Below, piece after piece: positions 23,325 to 35,816 of a stretch of 64,000 nt of DNA. How positions within the stretch are numbered: the stretch's first letter is position 1; each line of letters begins with the position of its first letter. Below the pieces are notes generated by a model. That model saw only the letters and a list, made by a program, of their open reading frames with translations, made no database searches and was not told the origin of the DNA. The stretch lies in NCBI GenBank assembly GCA_030390025.1, contig CM059432.1, forward strand, positions 44,890,001 to 44,954,000, read 5' to 3'. This DNA comes from Squalus acanthias. Its lineage: Eukaryota. Both the position numbers and the translations under genes were made by a program.

Positions 23325-26300
23325 CTATAATGATTAGTAAAATTACCTACTAGACTGTCAAGGGAGCATTATTAATTGGGTTTTCTCCATTTTTGGTGAG
23401 ATTTCTTCTGTCAGTGGTGAACTGTGACAAACAGCAGACTTCTATGACTAACTCACTTGTTTTTAAATAATGTGTTTCTGTTTCAGGTCACTTGACCTAA
23501 AGTCGTATCTGAATTTATTTCATTGCATATTACGGTGGAACAGCAAACCCTATGTACAGTATTTTCCTGTCACATTCAGTGAAATAAAACAAATATAACT
23601 GCAGTTTATATTATGTGAGGTCATCACAGAAGTCTGCCATCCATTACTGTCCTCCATAACATACTGCCAGCAGAATAAAATACTGCCAACAATGGAATAA
23701 AACCTTCCCCACAAGGACCAGAGTTTAATTTCCACTGTTTTTAGCAACCCCTTAATGCATTTGCATAAAACCCTGTTATTTCAATTTATGCATAAATCTA
23801 TTTTAAATGGGTTAAAAGAGTGCAAACAGGAATTTGTGCAAATATTATTAACAAGTCTGCCAAAAATAATATGGGGAATTAGTCCCATTAATGTATATAT
23901 TATATAAAGGACAAAATGCAGCCCCAATGGCGGGATTGGTTTGGAACGTTGACAGATATGTCACCCAGCCAACTTTAACCGTCTGCCCACCAGGTGGGTA
24001 GAGTTAAAACCAACCCTTGTGTTTCAGAGACCTAACGTGTCTTGGGGATTAGTTGATGTTGGAAAACTGTGAGATTGACAATGATCAATTCCCCCTTCTC
24101 TCCATTAAGAGTAGCAGCACTTGAAGCAGCATTGATGAAAAGGCAACTGAAGTGATTCATCGCTCAAAATGAATAGAATGTGAGATTATTATTGTGCGTA
24201 ATGCCTGTTGAGACTCTAGCTCACTGTTGCGAGAAGAGTTTCGGCAGAGGTAAACATTATCTGGTGTGGGTAATTTAATACAAGAAGGGGAATGTATTGC
24301 TGTTGTTTGCAAATTGTCTGATATATCAAGTACAGATATAGATAAGTTATCAGAGTGAAGCAGTTTGTTTTTCATTCCAGTGTGTTATTATCTGTTGTGA
24401 CACCTTTATTTGTACAATTTTTTGCGATGTTATGCATGATTACACTGAAGTGTAATAAATTGCATCATCAGGCTAGATTAAGAAGGTCCTCTTGTCCCAT
24501 TTTCAGCCACAAAAAGTTACTTGCCCCAATTAAGCAACCGAATTATGCCAAAAAGTGCAAGGAAATTCATCCCCACCACAGAATAAGTACAGAATAAATA
24601 TATACTACAAGGGAAGAAAGGTAACAGGCAAAAGACTGATGTCGACTGCATTGGAAGGTGATGGGGAGAATGAGGCAAAAAGAGATTGGGAGAGATTTTC
24701 ATCTGCCTACCACTCCATTTTTCAATGTGAAATTAAAAATACCTAAATCTATCCCTCACTGGCAGCACAAATCGATTTTCGAGCGGGCCTAGAATTGGGA
24801 GGCCAGCACCTCCACCCAAAACAGGCATTATTAAAATATTTAAAGCAGGGTCCTGTACCATTTTTAGGACCCTGATGTAATTTTGTTGTATCACTACACA
24901 AAGCATGTGTTCCATTCTACTCTGTCCAGTGGAACTGAGCGTTGAGTGGCCGAACCAGCTTTCCTTAAAGGGGCTGCTCCGGAAAAGCTTAAAGAAAAAG
25001 CTGTAGAACTGATTTCTGTGTGGTTAGAAGGACTATTCAAATATGATCCGTCCATGCCCCCCACCCACTTCCTCCCAGCCTCTCAAAGCCCACTTCCAGA
25101 TCAGCTCTATAGAGGAGCTGCTGAATTTCACCCCTCACCCCTCCACAATTGGCAAGCTGCCTGTCAGTGCTTTTTCAGCACTGGCAGCTCTCCAAATCTA
25201 TTTTAATGAGGCCCCACCATTAAAATGGTTTGGGCCTCCTGCTCGTGCCATTGGGCGGCCAGCGCGACTATTGCACCCACTGCCCAATGTGCACCCAATC
25301 CGAAAATTGGCCTCATTGTTTTAAAGCATCAAGAAACACATTGAACTGAGACAAATATAAGACCAAGTTAAAGGTGGTTAAGAAATTATTCAGGAAAAAG
25401 CTAAAACAAAAAATCGTGGGGTATCATCACCACAAGGACACCTGCAGTTCAAGAATAAGGCCCGCCAGCACCGTTTCAGGGCAACTAGGGTTGGTCAATA
25501 AATGTTTCCTTGCCAGCATCGCCCACATCCTGAGAAGAAATTAAGAAAACACAAGGAATATTATCAAACATTTCCACATCTATATAAGCATAAAAAGAAG
25601 TAGCAGGCCATTGAACAATCCCAAAGAAGACATAGCAGCTGACTTGTCTTCGGCCTGGGTACAAGGCAGAGGAAAATTGACCCAATAATATCAACTGACC
25701 AGCAATAACAATTACACCAAATGGATTCTTCTTAATTTTTTACACCAAATGGATTCTTCTTGTTTTTACAGCATGGAAGTTGAATTTCTGGAGGGGGGAG
25801 AGCAGAAGAAGAACTAAAGAAAATAGCAAATTCAGATATGATGATCACTGATAGGCTGAGGAAGTAAAAGGAGGATAAAGCTCTAGGCCTGGATGGACAC
25901 TATACAAGGATACTGGAAGAAGTGGTCAAGGTTGTCACAAATTCTGAAACCATGGGACATGGGTTCAAGCTTAGAAGAAGGAATATGTGCAGATAGTTTA
26001 GATTTAACTACTTTACAGAGAGTGATGATTATGTGGAGTAGACTCCTCAGGAGGCAGTGGAAACAGAGGCAGATAAGTGTGGATAAACTTACGGGAGAGC
26101 TGAAAAGCTATTTGAGTGAGTTTTTTTTTATTTATTCATTCACGGGATGTGGGCGTGTGATTGAGAGGTGTTATTTTATGGGATCAGCCAAATGGATCCA
26201 TTCCTTTTATATGTTTCTTCAATAGTTTAGATTATCATTATCATTTACAAGCTTTTCAAATAAAATTCTTATCATTTTTATATTATTATTGTATTATAAA

Positions 26301-26596
26301 ATCGGGCCTTTAACTTAGCTGAGTCAAACTGAGAGAGCTATTTAAATGCAAGTGTTTTTCATTTTGATTGTGTCTAACTTAATTGTTTTATCAATGGACC
26401 TCAAAGGTACCATTATGCCCATTACTGTATAATCCTGTCAGTATCAACCTGCTGACTATTGCTGGGAATTGGAGCAAGTCTCAGCAGTAAAATTAATCAG
26501 GTGCTGGTGGAGAATCAGTTGAGACTGCAAGACTGAAACAAGGAGCTAGACTCTACAGTAGACATTCGGTCAATCCTCTACTGACTGTGAAATATA

Positions 26597-26782
26597 GGCC
26601 TAGGAATTCGTTTCAGGCGGTGGTGCCAAAGGGGCGGTATTGGATCGGCCAGCCGCTATCCACAGTGCCTGATATTTTGTTCCTTTGCAGTCAATGGAGC
26701 TGAATATCAGGCACTGCGTATAACAGGCTGCCGATCTGATACCGCCTGTTTTGAGCCACTGCCCGAAACAAATTTCTAGCCC
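26597..26782. mobile_element. Harbinger-type MITE (186 bp)
   Basis: TIRs GGCCTAGGAATT and (reverse complement) GGGCTAGAAATT match at 10/12. TSD ATA on both sides. Confidence 0.7.
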
Positions 26783-28895
26783 ATAGAGAACAGGTACCCT
26801 GGAGGAACTTGGACCCTGAATGTTACACTGAAGATATGGACAAACCAAATTTAACATTTGGTATCAGGTGATTCAGGTAGTGTTGCAGGTAGGTATTTTA
26901 TTGTATTGTTTTATTATTAAAAGTAAATTATTAAGACAATTTAATGGGGAGATGGCTTTGATCTGGCTTAGGGTTCAATGTTCTTGGAGCTTTTTGATTT
27001 GAATTGGATTGAGGCACCAAAATAAAATTGAATTGTTCCTCGCAAACTGTGAGATGATGAGATTGGAGCAGAGATTAACAGAGGACTGATAGATACCATC
27101 TCAGAATGTATTCTAACTGGCTTAAACACGAAAGGAGCATGTGGTCTTCAAAATTCAAGTAGGATAGAAAATCTGATCGACAAACATAAAAATGCTTAAT
27201 GTGCTCCTATTATGCTCCTCTGTGCAATCATTAACCTGTTGAAAATAAATGGGTTAAAACCTGCATAAAATTAGCAATCAAGGGAAGACAGCAAAAGATT
27301 TCTACCTATGCCACCTATATGATAACAAAGAGAATCTAATTCTGCAACTGCAAAACAGTTAAAGCAAGAAGGTAACCAAAAATCAGTCACTCTACCTCCT
27401 ATTTTTTTTGTCAATTGTGTTGTAATAAAATTATTAAAGTTAACTGGAAGTGCGATATTGAGTGGGGAAAGGGGGCAGGAGGCAAAACTGTTGATATCAA
27501 CAGAGTGAGGCCTGGCTGATTTAACTTAGGTGAAAAAAAATTCAGAAACAAGCAGTGTCCAAGTTCAAATGTCTCTTGTAAATCCAAAAAGCCCAATAGC
27601 ACACAAAAACCCTATGATCTGAGTGTCTGCTCCATTAAATACTGCTTTCAGTGGCTCTCTGAAACCAATCCCACCAACTTTTACTGAGTGGGTTTGGCAC
27701 TGTTTGGGACATCCGCTATTTCCTGTTAAAATTCTGTCAGGGTCCTAATGACCCCAATTTGTATGTATTCATGAAGCGCCCGCTGACCGCCTAAAAAAGT
27801 GCACGGTAAAGATGGCATTGGGTGGGAATCAAGCAGGAACAGGGTGGTAAGTAGTCCTAGGCTATTTTAACTGCATATCCACCCCATTCCCACTGGGCTT
27901 ACAGGGGAGGGTGGGGTGGGGCGGGGCGGGGTGGGGGGGTGGTGGTGGTGCAGAGATGGATTAAAATTGTCCCTTTAATGTTTGATACAAACGTGCAGAG
28001 TGTTTTATTAAGTCTGTTGTCAGCTATCACCCAAGACAAGATTTTCTCAGAGAAGCTTTGTTTTGTCGTTGTAAAACATTTACTTAGGTGTTGTAAATCA
28101 GTGTTTGAAAATGCAATCAGTAAGTTTCTGTCAGTCTTTGTACAAAACAGATCAATTCTTGGTACCTTTGGCATTTGAGTTTGGCTTGAGTTTTCCCTCA
28201 GGCCTGATTGATGCAATTTTCTCTTTGAGAGGCTGCTATTTACAGTGGAGAGGACTTCACTCCACTTCTTACAGGATCTGTAATTATTCTGTCTTCACTA
28301 ATGTGTCTGAAGAGTTGATGGTGGGAACCTCTAGGTTCACAGAAATCTGTTTTTACACCCTAGCAGTAGACATTACTTTAAAGCCTGTCGACTTTAATTA
28401 TTGCAGACTGACTAAGACAGCGACTATATAATTATTGTAAAAAAGGAGAAAACTTTCATATGACAGTTACAGATCATATACATTACCATGACAACAGTGA
28501 ATAGTACTGGCAGTATCACGAGGAGAAGAGCTTTACTGATTTAGCAATTTGATTTTTATATTCTTATTTTCTCTACTCTAAAGTAGCATTCCTGTCCTAG
28601 GTTTGGAAATAACTGTAATTAGGTTAAACATTTCCCTTTACCAATTTGATCAGTTACGATGAAAGTAACAGAGTGTACTGTAATTGATGTGAATTTATAT
28701 TGAAGCATTACTCCATCTGTCAGATGATAATTGTTTAGTTTCATGCTTTTATATTTGTATAAAGCAGAGAACAGCTGAACAATTCTGGCACCAGGTCCAA
28801 TTTTTCAAAACAGAGCTCTGTTAAATAACTGAACGTAAAAGAGATTAATGACACTTGTGTTAATAAATAGCACTGGAAAGGAAAACTTCAGAAGA

Positions 28896-29012
28896 AGTTC
28901 TGAAGAAGGGTTCACACTCTAACTGTAAACTTGCTTGTTCTCTCCCATGATGCTGACTGACCAGTATTCTTGGTTTTTGTTTCAGATTACCAATATCTGT
29001 AATATTTTGCTC
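28896..29012 (+). mobile_element. Degenerate Penelope pseudo-LTR/3' end remnant with decayed hammerhead
   Basis: AGTTCTGAAGAAGGG...gatgctgactga...tttcagatt...tattttgct parallels 60903-61000 and the reverse complement of 51360-51491. Confidence 0.5.
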
Positions 29013-29021
29013 TAATATTTA

Positions 29022-29235
29022 TCATAGATCATAGAATCATACAGCACAGAAGGAGGCCATTCAACCCATTGCGTCTGTGTCAGCTCTTTGAACAAGCTAT
29101 CCAATTAGCCAAACTCCCCTGCTCCTTCCCCATAGCCCTGCTAATTTTTCCTTTTCAAGTAAATATCCCATTCCCTTTTGAAAGTTACAATTGGATCTGC
29201 TTCCACCACCCTTTCAAGTAGTATATTCCAGATTT
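29022..29235 (-). mobile_element. CR1 3' fragment
   Basis: CATAGAATCAT terminal repeats and 'gcacagaaggaggccattc' motif. Confidence 0.7.
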
Positions 29236-31009
29236 AGGAGGATATGATCTGAATAAATGAAGTGATAACATTACAAGCTATTCTATTTTTATTATTGGGG
29301 TGGTTATAAAGATCAGAAACTTCTTGCTATTCCATATATGCTGTTGACCACCATAGTGAGTCACCTCAGCAAACAAATTATTTTACTTGGTGGTTATCAG
29401 ATGGAAATAGCGTGCCAAGGAAGACTGCATGTTCTGAAAAATAAATTAGCAACAGTAAAAGTTATCTTGTGGCACTTCACTGACTGTTAGTTTCAAGATG
29501 TTAATAAATTTTAGGAACAACAGACCTCAAGCAAGCACAGAGCAACACCTTTAAATTACAGAAGGGGAATTAAAACATATTCCAAGGAAAGAACAATGGG
29601 GGAAGATTTCCTCCATACATTATGGCCTGGCCTCTATAATACAATTCAAAATTGAGGGGAATAGTGGCAAAAATAAAGGTAAATAGGGCGGGGAGACCTG
29701 CCACCAGATCTCTCTTCCTCCTAGCACAATGTTAAATTTTACTCATTATTATTATTTCAGAGCGCCGATGGAACTTACAAATTGTGCCGACTCAAACTAT
29801 GCACACTTTAGTTTACAAAAAAAATGCCTAGGTCAAATTAAGGTAAAATAAAGTGAATGGCTATTCCCAAGTAATACAGTCTGCAAACTGTTCCAGTACT
29901 TGCAGGGGACATAGCACCCTGCTGTGCTATTTCTAACAGTAAGTATTTATTGTTTATAACACTAACCTAACCTGTGAACTGAATTCATAGCTGAAAATTT
30001 GACTGACAGCTATTCTGTTAGACAGGACAAAACACAAATGCCAGTCAGTCACTGAAGGCCATTAGGTCTGGTGTTCTCCGCCTCAGTCCAATTCCCAGTG
30101 GAGAACATGACACACAATCCCCCTGAATTTCATAGATGTCCTGAATTGAAAGAATGAAAAATAAAGCCTACTCTCAACTGAAAAAGTATGTGACACTTTT
30201 CTAAGGCTGGCGATGAATCTATTTCTGTCAGGATGGTACAGATGGAGCCCACCTGCGACCATTGAGCTGACTGGGCCCAATTTTATGTTTTCAAAGGAAC
30301 TAAGCTTTTATTTTAACGGCCATAACGTATACAAGCAAAACAATTCGAAACTGTTGCCTCATTTAGAATGAAACATCAATGAAAGTGGCAATAAACTGAT
30401 GTTACCTGTAGATAATTTTTTTAATGCTGGAAATATTGGCCAAACCACAAAAACATGAAATTCCCAAAAAAGTACTTTTTTTCCACAGCAGAACAAAGGA
30501 TGCTCTGAAAGAACTGTCACAATTTAAAATTAAAACAAATCATTTAGAGATGTTCTATTCTTAAATAATAAAAAAATTGGAGCCTTATATTTAGACTGTT
30601 GGTAACATTGGTTCAGAGTTTGCTGCCCAAATAACAATGGGTTTAATGGTGCTTGCCGTTATTAATGTGTAAATGGTGCAGCAACTTGTGATGAGGAAGA
30701 GATACGAGTTGCTGGATGATTTGTGCCGCCCTGCTGTTAGCCTCGTTAAAACGACAGTTCACCCTCAACATCCCCGTGAGTTTCATGAAGTTGGTGCATT
30801 TGTGCATTAATTGCCAATTAAACTCACTGTAGAAAGTTAGTTCTGCTACTTAACAGCATAAGTACCTTTTTCATGAGAAGATTTATGTTCCTGTAATGCC
30901 AATTCAACCTCTCTGGCCCAGAAAGGGAAAAAAGTAAACTGTGGAGTCTCATTCCTACAGGTAGTAAATTGTTGTTAGAGATTTTTTATATTTTAAATTT
31001 TAAATAAGT

Positions 31010-31532
31010 ACATAAGAACATAAGAAATAGGAGCAGGAGTAGGCCATATGGCCCTTCAAGCCTGCTCCGCCATGCAATAAGATCATGGCTAATCTTCGAC
31101 CTCAACTCCACTTTCCTGCCTGATCCCCATAACCTTGATTCCCTTATAGTCCAAAAAGCTATCGATCTCAGCCTTGAATACACTTAACGACTCAGCATCC
31201 ACGGCCCTTTCAGGTAGAGCATTCCAAAGATTCACAACCTGAGTGAAGAAATTTCTCCTCATCTCAGTCTTAAATGGCCAACCCCTTAGCCTGAGACCAT
31301 GCCCCCTAGTTCTAGACTTTCCAGCCAGGGGAAACAATCTCTCAGCATCTACCCTGTCAAGCCCTCTCTGAATCTTATATGTTTCAATGAGATCACCTCT
31401 CATTCTTCTAAACGCCAGAAAGTATAGGCCCATTCTCCCCAATATTTCCTCATAGGAAAACCTCTTATCCCAGGAATCAATCTAGTGAACTTTTGTTACA
31501 CCCCCTCTAAGGTAAGTATATCCTTCCTTAGG
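31010..31532 (-). mobile_element. CR1 LINE 3' fragment
   Basis: ORF 31089..31442 (RRMRGDLIETYKI...TRGH...RRNFFTQVVNLWNALP). CATAAGAA terminal repeats. Confidence 0.92.
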
Positions 31533-31613
31533 TAATTTTAATTTTGTTCATACTTTTCCTTTCTGTCTCTATTTTTCTCTCTCTCTTAATCCAATCTTTA
31601 TTCCCCTCTCTTT

Positions 31614-34154
31614 GGGCTGGATTTTCTGGCTGGAGGCGGGTTGGCGTCGGGAACGTGAAACGGTGGGTTCCAAACCCGCTGCCAGCTCTAGCCGGCCTGC
31701 TGACACAATTTTCCGCTAATTGGGCTAGTTAAGCCCGCCGTGTGCGATACCCACCCTGATCTCAAGGTGCGGGTCTGCTGAGCTGCTCTGTTGATGCGTT
31801 TGCAGCCGGAGTATTTAAGGGGGCCATTTCACAATTATATCTGAAGTCGTTTCTGCTGCTCCTGACTGCTGCTGCTGCTCACTATGTCTGCAAGAGACAG
31901 AAGGCAGCTCCCCGCTTCAATGAGGAATCCCTCCATGTTCTTGTGGAGGGAGTCAGAGGTCGTCGGGAGGTCCTCTCTCCCTATGTACAGAATCAATTCC
32001 CCATCTAACTATGCACCCCTCACACCCACCCTCAAGGTTGTGCAATGACAACAACTAGCAACTCAAAAGGAGGGAACTTGGAATGGGAACCCACTTCATC
32101 GTAGTCTCCCTCTAAACATCTATCATATCCATTCTATACACTCATTCCATCACTCTCACTGAAACTCCACTTCTTTCCCTCATTGCAGGAAAAGAGATCC
32201 CACAATAAGAGGGACAGGGAGAGAACAGGAGGAGGACCACCATCCGTGGGGCAGCTCACCCACGCTAAGGAGGCAGCTCTCGGCATTGCTGGAGGTGCTG
32301 AGGAGCTTGAAGTGGGGGACGGAGAGACGGGCTCAGTAGAGCAACCTGATGACAGAACTATTTTCCAACCATCTGATTTGGCATTCCTGAGTGACTCATA
32401 TGGGTTCTGATGTTTATAGAAATTGAGTGCTGATCATGTGCACAATGGGATGTGTCTGCAAGCTACATATCACATGTGTAACTCATGTCTTTACTCTCCC
32501 ACAGGACCATCAAGAGCCCCCCTCCCTACTTTCCAGGAGGAAGAGCAGGAGGACACCTCAAAGGAACCTCCATCCTCTGAGGGAGCAGCGTCAGCAGAAA
32601 TGAGCACACCCAGTACCAACGCAGGGATGCACACCTCGGTGGGTAGTTTGCGAGATAGATTAGTGTTTTCACCTGGTGTATCACAGCTCACAAGTGAGCA
32701 TGAGCAGATGGTGGAGACAGGGACAGCAGTGGAGAGTCCTCATCGGAGGCTGCAGGGCGATCCCAGCTCGGCTCAGCTGCATGTAGACGCTGTGCCTCTG
32801 GGGCCATCCAGAAAGAGAGCGGTGCTGGAGCTTCAGGAACAAGTGCAGGAGGGTCTGACTGGGTTTGCAACCACGGTGACTGCGAGTGTGCAGAGAATGG
32901 AGGAGTCCATGTCAAACATGAGCAATGCCGTGGTGCATGCAATGACGAATGTAGGTACTGTCATGGAAAGGATGGCAACCTCCATAGAGGACATAAATCG
33001 CCAGACTCAAGCCAACATGGTGACTCTTCTAGATAGATGGTCTGCTATGGAGGATAGATGGGCATCTATCGTGGAGAGGAACCAGAGGTACATTGACGTC
33101 CCCGTTTTGAGGACTGTCAGTACAGAGATGGGTCCTCATGGCCCCACTGATGTGCAGCAAGGTGATCTCCAACTACTTGCTAGCAGAGAAGTGCGGGTGG
33201 TCCATGAGAGGGATGATGGTGGGAGGCGACATGCAAGTGGGGGCTCCTCTCCAAGTGCTCTAACTTCCAGCCTCTTGCCAACCCCTCGGCCAGAGCCCCA
33301 GATGAGCACCCAAGCAGTAATGGCCAAGTCTGCCCCTGTGCAGCCGCAGGAGGAGCAGACTTTGGCGGGGCCTTCGCAGGCTCCAAAACCCAGAGGATGA
33401 CTGCCAAAGGCGTCTAAGCAGGCGCAGCAGGGAGTTGAGCAGGCTGTCTCTACATCTGCTGAAGCTACAGGGGGAGCACAACGTAGAAGCACGCGTAAGA
33501 GAAAGCTGACACGTAAATAATCACAAGGGTTCTCACTTGGGTGTTGTGCTAGAATTCAATGTGAAGTTTCTGTTCTTTTCTTATGTTGCAATAAATGAAT
33601 GTTGCATGAACGTTTGACATCGTTGCCATATGTGTGCTCACAATTTGAATTGGCACAATGAAGGGTGAGGGCGCCTTTTATGTCCAGCAATGCAGGTGAC
33701 AGTGGATATAGAGTTAACACCACATACTTACAGCCTAAACACAGAATGTGTCTCCCAAATTGTTAAATCACCAGCCTCTGACATTTGCAATTGAGCAAAA
33801 GTGAGAGTGCAGCTTGTACACTGCAGTTGCAGCTGTAAAGTATCCAGCTCGTTGGTCCTCCTGACACACTTACCTGGCGTGTTCTCCGAGCATTGTGAAA
33901 CCTGTTGAAAAGGTTGGAAAATAGCAAAAGCCTGTCAAAATAGCAGTTAACAAGCAATTAACAAGGAGTTAAGTGCTTTAAATCCTTTACCCGCCGCTTG
34001 GTGTCGGGTCTGTTGAGAAATTACAGACCCGACACTCTTGAAACTCACGCAGAGGCGGGTTCGCGGCGACATTCCAACCTGCCGTCAATCATTGCCATTT
34101 TGACACATGACCCGCCTCCGAACCCGCTCTCTGAGAGCCGGGACAATCGCGGTC
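31614..34154 (+). mobile_element. Harbinger element carrying only the Myb-like gene (element C)
   Basis: Left end GGGCTGGATTTT, degenerate right end, TSD TTT/TTT. Collinear with element D. No transposase motifs between the Myb polyA signal (33590) and the right end. Confidence 0.8.
31884..33520 (+). pseudogene. Harbinger Myb-like gene (exon 1 partly deleted; exon 2 from 32189; exon 3 32505-33520 with one internal TGA at 33398)
   Basis: APRFNEESLHVLVEGVRGRREVL; EKRSHNKRDRERTGGGPP...EAALGIAG; long ORF 32423..33400. Reading through the TGA gives a basic end RRSTRKRKLTRK*. Confidence 0.85.
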
Positions 34155-35816
34155 TTTATTTCTCTTTCTGTATCTGATTTGACCATAATTCACCCTATTT
34201 CCTTCTCTATCATTCCTGTTTCTTTCTCAATCATTAAATTTAATTGTTGAAGGAGCTAGACTATTGGTCCCGTCGATCAACAAAGTACCAGATGCCCCAT
34301 TGAATTTGCAGAGCATTAACAGCTCACACTTCCATCAACTTACAGGGCAAAAACTTTTCAAAGTGAAGGGTGAGGGAAAAAGTCTAACTAATGGGGCATG
34401 TCACAAGATGCTCCACTCCAGCAAGTTCTGAGCCTTTATGACTGTATAGAGTTGGTCAGGTTGTTCGGTTTTGTGGGAAATCTTGAATTTTTTCTATGCC
34501 CAGGGATTGTCCAATCCTATCCTTGGGCCGATAAAGGAAAACAAGCCATTCTTTTTATAGCCAGCCTTTGATTCAGGATTAACAGAAGACATAACTGTGG
34601 AATTCTTTGTAAATAATTAGCATTATTTTATTTTTAAACTATCAGCATTTACTTCACTTGAAGATTATTTGAGGAACTATCTAAGAATCTTTTTGTGAGG
34701 GCCATTATCTTGAAGGATTATCTATAGGGTCACACAATAAATGTTGATGCGATGGCACCAATAGACACACAGTTATTGAAGGCTGCTCCCACAACCCCTG
34801 TGGACTAGCCTTCAGAGGACTTGAGGGAGCTCGTGCCGGGGTTTGAAAAGAAGAACTTACATTTGTAAGGGAAGTTTGATGTCATCAGGATGCTCCAAAT
34901 TGCGTTACAAACAATGAATTGTGTTTCAGTTGTAGTCATTTACTATGTGACAAGGATTTACAAGGCTTAACTGAATATTGTTGGCATGTTTATTATAGAA
35001 GACTTTACGGACAATATTCTAATATTATTTATTTGTGACTAGCGCACTCAACAGCAGACACATGGATGATATTCTCATTTCCTTGCCCTGGAAGTGATAC
35101 AGTTCAGCTATAAATTACTCAGTTCTTCAAAGGTCTTGCCAGGGGCCATGCAGTATTCCTGCACAGAGCTGCACATTTCATATGGTGCTAAATTTTGGCT
35201 TATGCCACTGTTTTGAGGTAATTAATTCTTTTCCTGTTTTTAAAAACTCTTCTCTCCTCTCAAAGTAATGACCTGCAAGACTTGGTTTGACATGATAGTG
35301 GCAGGATTCTGGCCTCTCGCCCAAGTGGTGATTCTTAGTTAAAGAGCCTAAGCGGACAGCAAAAGGTAAAATCAGCAATTGATGCTCTCAATTATGGGGA
35401 GCTGTGCTCGACGGGGAGCATGGGTCAGAGAATTGGGGGGTACAATGAACCTTTGAACGTGGCTTCCCCACTGAGAATATGCGATTACTGAATTTATTCT
35501 TGAGTGTCTCAGGCTTTTTAGTCCTAAGCGGCATCACTGTCAAACCACATCTTGTTCTCACCTGACATTGACACACATACAGACACTTTTTAGCCGGAGG
35601 GTCAATAGTTAAAGGAGTAGAAACTCTGGCTGCTTTTCCTCAAAATAACTTGAGGATATTGAATACAATTGTGGTGTCTCCACTATTATCTTACTGAGAT
35701 CAACAAAGACTAGGATTGAGCCCTGGAACTTTCCTTGTCTGCGTGATCCAGCAACACACATCATTGCATTTAAGCACTGTGCACAATTAACCCTGCAAAC
35801 CTGAGCAAATAGTTTT

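Larger units (their letters stand above)
30610..34434. mobile_element. Harbinger-type MITE (~760 bp net) hosting two nested insertions
   Basis: TIRs GGTTCAGAGTTTGCTG and (reverse complement) GGCTCAGAACTTGCTG match at 13/16. Flanks ATT/TTT. The pyrimidine tract reads through across the nested element C. Confidence 0.6.

Noticed and set aside
32423..33400. 325-aa ORF as an intact host MSANTD/NAIF1-like gene
   Set aside because: Lies inside a TSD-bounded transposon with exon 1 half deleted, a mutated exon-2 donor and a premature stop.
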